A stretch of DNA of 64,000 nt. It comes from a virus. This document shows positions 57,219 through 64,000 of this stretch, in pieces; position 1 is the first letter of the stretch; each line of letters begins with the position of its first letter. Where the stretch lies: IMG/VR virus record IMGVR_UViG_3300035070_002905, positions 96,001-160,000 of that record; one strand, given 5' to 3'. The notes under the pieces are model-generated. The model did no database searches and was not told where the DNA came from. It was given only the letters and a program-made list of their open reading frames with translations. Position numbers and translations under genes: made by a program.

Positions 57219-59028
57219 TACGTGACTCCTCAAAGATTCTCTGTTGTGCCGTACGTGAGCGACGGCGTGTTGGTTTTGGTTTCGGTGCTACCGATGCGGC
57301 CTTCTGCATACCGGCCTGAGGATCTTCCTCTACCTCGTCTGCTCCGCCCATGTATTGCTGGATGATAGTCATAACGTGGTCGTACTTCGCCTCGTCTTCG
57401 GCCTGTAGGGCCATAACCATTTCCATACGTTTCTGTTCGTCAGGCTCTTGAAGAATCGCCTGCGCTTTAGTCATGACATCTTGACGGTAATCGTTATAGC
57501 CGGACTCGTCCTCGCCATCAGATACCTCGTCTTTGTGAGCCATGTAGACTGCCTGTTCCATCTTGTACTTCATGCGTACTGATTCTTCAGCCTTATCGAT
57601 CTGCTCTTGGACAATCTTCTCGCTCTCCTTCTCGGGATCGATGTCGCATGTCTCGAGCAGGGTCTTGCCGCTGATTAGGCTAGCCTGATGTAGCTGTAGG
57701 TACATGTTCTTCAGTGCATCGTTATCGGTCAACTGGTATGGCACCAGGCTAACATCGGCTTCTTCTAGGCCTAGGTAGTTAGCGATCTGATCGACGATCC
57801 AAGTAAGATAGCGTTTAATCTTACGGTTGTACTGGTTCATGTTGTTCTCTAGTAGACGTAGGCCTACCGTAGAGCTCGTCCAGTTAGTCGTACCGCTCAA
57901 TAGCTCACGGCTCACGCCCATTGCCATTAGCAGCTGCTCTTCAGCGAATTGCAGTTCCTGTGTAACCAGTAGAGATTTACCCTGACCGCCTACGTAAGCT
58001 GTACCGATCGGCACTGGACTTAGTAGTACATGGTTAGGATCCTGCTTGAATCGCTGCAGGCTTGACTTCACGTTAGTCGTGAAGTTATTCATACTCATCA
58101 TCGATACCGGGTCGCCGGCAGAAGAACTCTGTTGCGGGTACAATACGCGCATCGGGTTCATATGCTCCAGGGCAATCGCCTCGTTAGCCTTCTTCAGACA
58201 CTGCATGTAGAATACAGTCGAGTAGTGAGATAGTAGCGGCGGAACACCGAATCCCTCGATGAAGTCACCCATTGTAAGGCTCTTCATGTGGTGGATGGCG
58301 CCAGGCGCAAACTTAAATTCTTTCTGTGTGCGTACAGCCTCTACGAATTCCCATGGTACAGTCGTCAGGAAGTGCGGGTCACCGATTAGGATCTTACGCT
58401 TGACGTCGCCAGGGATGTTGTAGAAGTACTCTGTATCGCCGGTAATAGGGTTATCATTGATGGAGATGTTATCCGGCTTCCACTTAATGATATTGATACG
58501 GTTTACATCTTTACTCTTCGTATCGATGCGCTTGTATATTACCTTCTGTGAACATCCAGGACATTCTCCACTGAACTGAAACTTCTTCCAGATCGCGTAC
58601 TTGCCGTCCAGCGCCTTGCGGCTGTTGTAGCTAGTCTTACACGAAGGGCACTCTAGCATACGATCGATAGGAAAGTAGATAGAGGTGAAGCTGTTTCCGT
58701 AAGCATGGTAATCGAAGCCACCGTCTGACATCTTCTCGATTAGCTTAACCGATTCGAATATCTCTTCGTACTTCTCACGGAGTTGTTTCTTCGGAGAACT
58801 CACGGTTACTTCAGTGATCGGATAGGTCGCTAGCTTACGTAGTACCTCAGCACTAGTAGGAGACTTAACGATGATGAATCGCGTCCACTTAAGAAGGTCG
58901 TGAAAACTACGCGGGAGGAACTGACTGGATACGTCGTACGCAGGGTTCGCGTAAGTACCTAAGTCATATCGTCCGTAGTAGCCACCAGGTGTAATTGTTG
59001 GGCTAGTCCCAATCTGACCAATAGCCAT
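57205..59028 (-). CDS. putative portal protein with Zn-ribbon insertion
   Basis: 607 aa, first gene of the head module; DYHAYGNSF, IHHMK...GFGVPPL, GVSRELLSG; CPSC/CPGC insert. Confidence 0.7.
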   Translation of the reverse strand: MAIGQIGTSPTITPGGYYGRYDLGTYANPAYDVSSQFLPRSFHDLLKWTRFIIVKSPTSAEVLRKLATYPITEVTVSSPKKQLREKYEEIFESVKLIEKMSDGGFDYHAYGNSFTSIYFPIDRMLECPSCKTSYNSRKALDGKYAIWKKFQFSGECPGCSQKVIYKRIDTKSKDVNRINIIKWKPDNISINDNPITGDTEYFYNIPGDVKRKILIGDPHFLTTVPWEFVEAVRTQKEFKFAPGAIHHMKSLTMGDFIEGFGVPPLLSHYSTVFYMQCLKKANEAIALEHMNPMRVLYPQQSSSAGDPVSMMSMNNFTTNVKSSLQRFKQDPNHVLLSPVPIGTAYVGGQGKSLLVTQELQFAEEQLLMAMGVSRELLSGTTNWTSSTVGLRLLENNMNQYNRKIKRYLTWIVDQIANYLGLEEADVSLVPYQLTDNDALKNMYLQLHQASLISGKTLLETCDIDPEKESEKIVQEQIDKAEESVRMKYKMEQAVYMAHKDEVSDGEDESGYNDYRQDVMTKAQAILQEPDEQKRMEMVMALQAEDEAKYDHVMTIIQQYMGGADEVEEDPQAGMQKAASVAPKPKPTRRRSRTAQQRIFEESRNGSV

Positions 59029-59087
59029 GTAAGTTCCTCTTTGATTTGTTATGATGATTTTAGCTCGTAATAGTATTTTACGATTTG

Positions 59088-59143
59088 TTCAACAATAGCC
59101 TGCCGATTTGTTATAAGTAATACGTAGGGATATACACTCTACG
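59088..59143 (+). promoter_or_regulatory. putative phage promoter with hairpin
   Basis: TTCAACA 59088-59094, N15, GTTATAAGTAA from 59110, CGTAGGG-ATATACA-CTCTACG. Confidence 0.7.
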
Positions 59144-59145
59144 CT

Positions 59146-59200
59146 TTAAATATATAGTGTTCATCTTGTTATAAGTAAGATGTACAGGAGAATACTCTCC
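59146..59200 (+). promoter_or_regulatory. putative phage promoter with hairpin, tandem copy
   Basis: TTAAATA, N15, GTTATAAGTAA from 59168, GGAGA-ATAC-TCTCC. Confidence 0.7.
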
Positions 59201-59229
59201 GTCCTAACAAAAATTATTGAGGTTACACC

Positions 59230-59487
59230 ATGCGCATTATCGATAACAACAACGCTCGTCTTGACATCACTGCTCCAACTGGTACTATCGCTGAGAACGG
59301 CGTAGTAGAAATCGCTGCTCCAAAACGTACAATCACTGGCCTGCTTAGCGCCGCTGCTCTTTCAGTAGTAAGCAAGCTAGATCTTAAAGTTACACTTAAC
59401 GGTATGGTCGGCAAGGCTCATAAAGTTGAGTTCAGCAGCGACGTATCTGAAGCAGATATCCGCACAGCACTAAACCTCGTCAACTAG
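59230..59487 (+). CDS. hypothetical early protein
   Basis: GAGGT RBS; first gene after the tandem promoters. Confidence 0.75.
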   Translation: MRIIDNNNARLDITAPTGTIAENGVVEIAAPKRTITGLLSAAALSVVSKLDLKVTLNGMVGKAHKVEFSSDVSEADIRTALNLVN

Positions 59488-59488
59488 C

Positions 59489-59722
59489 ATGATGACGGCT
59501 AAGGTGGCTGAAGCTGTACGTGCACTGGCCGGCACGACACACAAGTACAATACTTTCCGTAAGACTTGCCGCCAGGTAGGTCTTAACGGGGAGCACATTA
59601 GTAACTCCGAACTGCGTGAGACTTTTGAGATGTGCAAGCGAAAGCAACCGCGCAAACGTATCGCTAACGTTAACCGATACGATATTAACAATTATGGTTC
59701 AAGAGGAATGATCAAATGCTAA
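59489..59722 (+). CDS. small basic hypothetical protein
   Basis: 77 aa, adjacent to the upstream gene. Confidence 0.55.
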   Translation: MMTAKVAEAVRALAGTTHKYNTFRKTCRQVGLNGEHISNSELRETFEMCKRKQPRKRIANVNRYDINNYGSRGMIKC

Positions 59723-59844
59723 GAGCTACTTACCTCGTCTGCATTACAGTAATATGTCTCCTACCAGACGATGTCCAAGGGCTCTTAGCCGTATCTACAT
59801 CGCTAGGTATGCTGTACCAGTATAAACGTTCAACATTCGCATAA
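59716..59844 (+). CDS. small hydrophobic protein (42 aa, not in the ORF track)
   Basis: GAGGA upstream; MLRATYLVCITVICLLPDDVQGLLAVSTSLGMLYQYKRSTFA. Confidence 0.4.
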   Translation: MLRATYLVCITVICLLPDDVQGLLAVSTSLGMLYQYKRSTFA

Positions 59845-59883
59845 CTTTATGCTATAAGTAATGTGTACCGAGGATTACTCCTC
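59829..59883 (+). promoter_or_regulatory. putative phage promoter with hairpin
   Basis: TTCAACA 59829-59835, N15, GCTATAAGTAA from 59851, GAGGA-TTAC-TCCTC. Confidence 0.7.
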
Positions 59884-59940
59884 ACATTAAACCTATGGGT
59901 TGCCGGTCCCTCCACCGGTATCTTAAAGAAGGAAAGACTC

Positions 59941-60198
59941 ATGTCTCAGAAAACAGCAATGACTAACGAACAACTTACTGTAGCAATCCAACAGCTTCAG
60001 GAAGGTCAGCAACAAATCGCTGATGCCCTTACTCAGGGCGCGCCGGCTACTCGTAAAGTAGCAAGCTTCTTCGGAAAGCACAAGACGAAAATCCTTGCAG
60101 CCATTGGTGTGGTTGCAGCGGGCGGTCTAGGCTATGCCGGTTACAATCAGGTTTCTAACAAATCTGAAACTCCTCTTCTTGAGGATGTAGCCGAGTAG
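59941..60198 (+). CDS. small membrane-anchored protein
   Basis: ATG 59941 with AAGGA RBS (ORF track start 59863 lies inside the promoter); ILAAIGVVAAGGLGY helix; followed by a terminator-like hairpin at 60214-60236. Confidence 0.7.
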   Translation: MSQKTAMTNEQLTVAIQQLQEGQQQIADALTQGAPATRKVASFFGKHKTKILAAIGVVAAGGLGYAGYNQVSNKSETPLLEDVAE

Positions 60199-60262
60199 AG
60201 TCTGGGCTGCCCTGGGCCTCCGGGCCCTTTTTCTTTCGCTATACCTTTATTGGAGTACTACC

Positions 60263-60787
60263 ATGGAATTAGCATTAAAACAAGCACGTCGCTTAGACAT
60301 CGCTCTACGTAACTTGACTATCGAAGGTCAGACTGCGGAAGTTCGTAAGTACGACCGCCAGACTATCGTCGGTGATCTTGATGCAGGTGGTGAAAGCCTG
60401 TCCCGTAACATCCTAGATGTAATGATCTTAAACGATATCCGTTATCAGATCCGTCATCTAATCAACTACGCTAACATGGAGACCGGCGTAAGCGAACTTC
60501 TTAACGAACGTGACCGTCTGACTCGTGACCTAGAGATCTACAGCAAGCTAGGCCGCGTCGATAGCACGGAAGATCAGCTTCGCTTCGTAGGCTCTAACTT
60601 CGATACTAATACCGTGCGCCTAAGCGTTGTACGCCAGGAGCATCGTACTAATGTCGACAAGGAAGTGGCTACCGCTAAGCACCGTCTAGAAGAAATCTCT
60701 GCAGAGCTTAACCAGCTTAACGAGACGGCAGTAATCGAGCTAGACGATGATGATGTAGCTATGTTAAAACACTACAACTATCTATAG
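60263..60787 (+). CDS. coiled-coil hypothetical protein
   Basis: GGAG RBS; 174 aa. Confidence 0.75.
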   Translation: MELALKQARRLDIALRNLTIEGQTAEVRKYDRQTIVGDLDAGGESLSRNILDVMILNDIRYQIRHLINYANMETGVSELLNERDRLTRDLEIYSKLGRVDSTEDQLRFVGSNFDTNTVRLSVVRQEHRTNVDKEVATAKHRLEEISAELNQLNETAVIELDDDDVAMLKHYNYL

Positions 60788-60794
60788 GTCCCCT

Positions 60795-60929
60795 ATGAAG
60801 AAGATACGAAACTGGCTGGCGATCCTACTCGCCGCCTGGGTCGTACTGATGTACATTAGCTGGCACGTCTGGCCTTATGTACTAGGTACAGTAATTGCGT
60901 ACGTAATCTATAAACTTTGGAGTAAATAA
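60795..60929 (+). CDS. small membrane protein (44 aa, not in the ORF track)
   Basis: MKKIRNWLAILLAAWVVLMYISWHVWPYVLGTVIAYVIYKLWSK fills the intergenic gap. Confidence 0.5.
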   Translation: MKKIRNWLAILLAAWVVLMYISWHVWPYVLGTVIAYVIYKLWSK

Positions 60930-60931
60930 AT

Positions 60932-61378
60932 ATGTTCGATCTATTCGGATTCTGGTTTGGTGTAACCGTATTATCAGCACCTATGCTAATTCTTGGCTTG
61001 ATCCTATCGCTGGCTCTAGCCGATCTATTGGTTAAAGACATGAGCCGTGGTCGTATGGACGGCTGCAGTCATCTGTTCCCGGGCAGCAGTACTCTGCAGG
61101 CTATCCTGAAGGACTTCGGTAAAGGTGCCAAAGGCTTCTTCGAGATCCTGGTACTATTCGTAAGTGCGTTCTTCTGGGTGATGTGGTTATTCGCATGGAT
61201 TAAGCATGATATTACCATGGTTAAATTCGTAAGCCGAGCTGCAGAAGGCCTAGCGCCATACCTAGGTTGGGTTGGTGCAGTAGTAGTTCCTGTGTTCTTG
61301 ATTCGCGTAGTTGGTCGTAAGATGTTCGATGCGTACTACAAAGTTGAAACAATCCTGGCTGATAAGGAAGGTAAATAA
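60932..61378 (+). CDS. 3-TM membrane protein, tandem paralogue 1
   Basis: MFDLFGFW...LAPYLGW...DAYYK. Confidence 0.85.
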   Translation: MFDLFGFWFGVTVLSAPMLILGLILSLALADLLVKDMSRGRMDGCSHLFPGSSTLQAILKDFGKGAKGFFEILVLFVSAFFWVMWLFAWIKHDITMVKFVSRAAEGLAPYLGWVGAVVVPVFLIRVVGRKMFDAYYKVETILADKEGK

Positions 61379-61800
61379 TGTTAGATCTATTAGGTTTCTG
61401 GACTGCGGTAACTGTCTTCACCCTACCGGTGCTGTTCCTATTCAGTATCGTTATGATTATCGTAACTAACTGTACGGTACATTGGGCTACTCGTGGTCGC
61501 TGTCAAGACTTCTGCTGCAAGGTTCCAGTTCTAAACAAAGTGATCGCCTGGATCGAAGCGAGTAACGACGGCCTATTCACGCTGGTCTTCTGCCTAGGTG
61601 TAGCAGAAGTAATCATGGGGCTGGTCATTTCAGTAGATAATGGTATCTCTGTAGTGCAGCTAGTGGCTGTCCTATCAGAAGCTACTGCTCCGTTCTTCTC
61701 GTGGATCGGTATCCTAGCTCTATTCGTCATTGCTATTCGTGTAGTCTCAGATGCATACTACAAGATTGCAGATAAGCTTGAAAAGTTGGAGAGTAAGTAA
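61378..61800 (+). CDS. 3-TM membrane protein, tandem paralogue 2
   Basis: MLDLLGFWT...APFFSW...DAYYKI; TAATG coupling. Confidence 0.85.
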   Translation: MLDLLGFWTAVTVFTLPVLFLFSIVMIIVTNCTVHWATRGRCQDFCCKVPVLNKVIAWIEASNDGLFTLVFCLGVAEVIMGLVISVDNGISVVQLVAVLSEATAPFFSWIGILALFVIAIRVVSDAYYKIADKLEKLESK

Positions 61801-62222
61801 TGTTTGATCTATTAGGTTTCTGGACTGCGGTAACTCTACTTACTGGTCCTACTCTAATCATATCTATGGCACTCCTAGCGCTTGCTCTTAACGGAGCAGG
61901 TGGCTGGATTACCCGTGGTCGCTGCGAGAATCTAGGTGAGAGCCTGCCTATCCTAAAGCAGTTCTGTAAGGGGTTAGATGATGCGCCAGAGCCGCTAGGC
62001 ATGGCTATAATCATAGTAGGCGTGGTCTTCGGGCTTGTCCTCGGGCTTGTCGCTGTAAATGCTGGCCTCAGTCTAGTGCACATCGTGTCTACTCTAGCGG
62101 AAGCTCTGGCTCCGTACTTCGGATGGATCGGTGTGGTTATCCTAGTATCGTTCGGTGCACGTGCCGTGTCTGATGCTTACTACAAAATCGCTACTAAACT
62201 TGAAAACTTGGAGAATAAATAA
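61800..62222 (+). CDS. 3-TM membrane protein, tandem paralogue 3
   Basis: MFDLLGFWT...LAPYFGW...DAYYKI. Confidence 0.85.
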   Translation: MFDLLGFWTAVTLLTGPTLIISMALLALALNGAGGWITRGRCENLGESLPILKQFCKGLDDAPEPLGMAIIIVGVVFGLVLGLVAVNAGLSLVHIVSTLAEALAPYFGWIGVVILVSFGARAVSDAYYKIATKLENLENK

Positions 62223-62644
62223 TGTTAGATCTATTTGCATTCTGGACAAACACTACAATCATGATTATCCCGGTACTAATCTGCTGGAGCGTAATCGTAG
62301 TATCCTTCTTCGACTGGCGCATCGACTGCATTACCGACGGTAAGCACAAGAAGTTCCTGTACAACCGTATCCCTGGTATGAAGTCGGCTGACCAATGGAT
62401 GTGTCAGAACGACGGCCTAGGCTTCATCGTATTCCTGATCTGTGTTGCAGCAGGCTTCGGTCTACCGGTCTCGGCGTTCATGCTAGATACTTCAATGGTG
62501 CATATCATTGCTACTCTAGCCGAGTGGTCTGCACCGTACACTGCATGGGTTGACATCGTGTTAGTGGCATGGTTTAGTGTTGAAGTTGTACTTAAGCGAC
62601 TAATCTCGCTTATCGATCGTATCGAAAACTTGGAGAATAAGTAA
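62222..62644 (+). CDS. 3-TM membrane protein, tandem paralogue 4
   Basis: MLDLFAFWT...APYTAW. Confidence 0.85.
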   Translation: MLDLFAFWTNTTIMIIPVLICWSVIVVSFFDWRIDCITDGKHKKFLYNRIPGMKSADQWMCQNDGLGFIVFLICVAAGFGLPVSAFMLDTSMVHIIATLAEWSAPYTAWVDIVLVAWFSVEVVLKRLISLIDRIENLENK

Positions 62645-63069
62645 TGTTTGATCTATTAGGTTTCTGGACTACTCTAACTCTACTAGTTGCACCTGTATTC
62701 TGGGTGGCAGGCGCGATCGTCGTAAGTCTGGTCGACTGGGAAGTGGGTCGTATCTCTAACGGTAAGACTACTAACTTCACCGATCGATTCGACTTCCTAG
62801 ATATCTTCAAGCATAACCTGTTCCTGCTTCCGATACAGCGTGGTTTTCCGCTAGTACTCTGGACAGCTGCGTCGCTGGTCATGCTTCTGGTCTCTGTTAT
62901 TGCATACCTGGAAGACGGTTACTACATCGTCCATATGTATGCAGGTCTATCAGAGCTACTGGCTCCGGTATTCGGCTGGGTCGGTCTACTGCTAGGTGGC
63001 TACTTCCTAGTGCACTTCGTGCTTAAGAAGATGTACACGTTGAGCGAAAAGATTGATCGCTTAAGCTAG
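62644..63069 (+). CDS. 3-TM membrane protein, tandem paralogue 5
   Basis: MFDLLGFWT...LAPVFGW. Confidence 0.85.
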   Translation: MFDLLGFWTTLTLLVAPVFWVAGAIVVSLVDWEVGRISNGKTTNFTDRFDFLDIFKHNLFLLPIQRGFPLVLWTAASLVMLLVSVIAYLEDGYYIVHMYAGLSELLAPVFGWVGLLLGGYFLVHFVLKKMYTLSEKIDRLS

Positions 63070-63108
63070 TCCTTCGGGACTAGCAAAGAGTCCTTCGGGG
63101 CTCTTTTT
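63065..63108 (+). terminator. two consecutive UUCG hairpins; the second is a Rho-independent terminator
   Basis: GCTAGTCC-TTCG-GGACTAGC then AAAGAGTCC-TTCG-GGGCTCTTTTT. Confidence 0.85.
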
Positions 63109-63149
63109 AGCTAAAATAGAAGGGTATACTTAGAGAAATCGGAGGAAGG

Positions 63150-63335
63150 ATGAAGTATAGTGAACTGGCGCAGACGGCGCTTAAGCATGCAGAACACAGA
63201 AAGATATTCGTTGCAGAGGTATCATCACTGCAGGAAATTAACCGTGCGATTAAGAAGGGAGTTACAAAAGAAAAACGCCAGGCTCTCGAGGAGGCTGGCG
63301 TTAGATATGCTAAGGCTATCTTAGCGAAAGGGTAG
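63150..63335 (+). CDS. small basic protein downstream of a TAAAATA element
   Basis: GGAGG RBS; TAAAATA at 63112-63118. Confidence 0.55.
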   Translation: MKYSELAQTALKHAEHRKIFVAEVSSLQEINRAIKKGVTKEKRQALEEAGVRYAKAILAKG

Positions 63336-63999
63336 CTTGTCGGATGCGTACAGCGGCTTGGCTATCGCCGGTACTGACTACTTCAGATAGAGTAATCGAT
63401 CCGGCTGCTGCATCTGCCGTCCAGTCAAACTGGTTGACACCTTGCAGGAATACTTCGATACTACCTGGATCGGTAAGATCGATAGGGTCTGCTCCGCCAC
63501 CTACTTGGATTGGCACGTTGCTAGAGCCTGCAGGTACGGTAACGATCTGCGTATTGTACTTCACGGTAGACTGTCCGATATCAGCAGCCTGAACGGTAGT
63601 CTTCATGTTATACAGAGCGATGGTCGCATCGTCTAGGCTAGCCGCACCGAAAGGTACAGTTACCGCCATAAGGATGATCGTATTGCCATCTAGCGCAGGT
63701 GGAATCGGTGGAGTGCCTACTGCATGATATGTAGCCTGACTAGCAATCTCTGCAACCCATACCGGCGAGTTAGCCGTAGGTACGAAGTCAGATGCTGTAG
63801 GTGCACGGCGTGTAGCTAGTACGAAGTACGTAGCATCCTGTGCGTTACTCGGAGGCGGAATCATTTGGAATGTATCTGCCTGATCGTGTACTGCCAGATT
63901 AGGTACATCGATACCGCGGGCGCCGTCTAGGATCAACCAAGTACCGAAGCCGTAAGCATGAGTCAGCGAGAAGCCTACGTAAGAGTAGTCGCCGATGTA
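63316..63999 (-). CDS. structural-type protein, truncated at its 5' end by the window edge
   Basis: Frame stays open from 63936 to the window end; IEVFLQGV motif resembles 26496-26960. Confidence 0.65.
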   Translation of the reverse strand, partial: YIGDYSYVGFSLTHAYGFGTWLILDGARGIDVPNLAVHDQADTFQMIPPPSNAQDATYFVLATRRAPTASDFVPTANSPVWVAEIASQATYHAVGTPPIPPALDGNTIILMAVTVPFGAASLDDATIALYNMKTTVQAADIGQSTVKYNTQIVTVPAGSSNVPIQVGGGADPIDLTDPGSIEVFLQGVNQFDWTADAAAGSITLSEVVSTGDSQAAVRIRQATLSLR

Positions 64000-64000
64000 C

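Noticed and set aside
13164-57365. Many short (+) ORFs opposite virion genes (e.g. 15802-16095, 21552-21935, 39851-40297, 51010-51363)
   Set aside because: Antisense shadows of long minus-strand genes, lacking RBS and coherent protein features
59029-59229. tRNA, ncRNA or replication origin in the AT-rich divergent gap
   Set aside because: Content is explained by two (+) promoter copies and TAAAAT elements for the portal operon; no cloverleaf or iterons seen

Overview
The whole window is part of a large contractile-tailed (myovirus, probably jumbo) phage genome, with no host-chromosome genes, tRNAs or CRISPR arrays visible. Layout: (i) 1-7467 (+) small acidic early-type genes, including four tandem paralogues with an invariant N-terminal RTRQGFVSNSSSSSF motif followed by a radical SAM/SPASM enzyme. 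(ii) 7452-13058 (+) a phage-encoded ubiquitin-like conjugation operon of the PRTRC type: a five-unit poly-Ubl precursor (each unit ends in NRTGTKG), an E2-like protein, a JAB peptidase and a ThiF/E1, with an HNH-AP2 endonuclease inserted. (iii) 13085-59028 (-) the virion module: portal, a two-gene multisubunit RNA polymerase (beta fused to beta'-N, plus beta'-C), internal head proteins, prohead protease, scaffold, capsid, neck, sheath, tube, spike, PAAR, three giant fibre-like proteins and holin-like genes. A small (+) island at 28848-31668 (macrodomain, GIY-YIG) interrupts it. (iv) 59088-63335 (+) early genes including five tandem membrane-protein paralogues. Sequence-level signals include a lambda-type GGGAAAG -1 frameshift in the scaffold gene, a pervasive hydrophobic-x-K-x-A motif in head proteins (candidate maturation-cleavage signal), a hairpin-containing promoter family for (+) genes and a TAAAATA motif upstream of virion genes. 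All functional calls come from motif recognition by eye; no database search was run.
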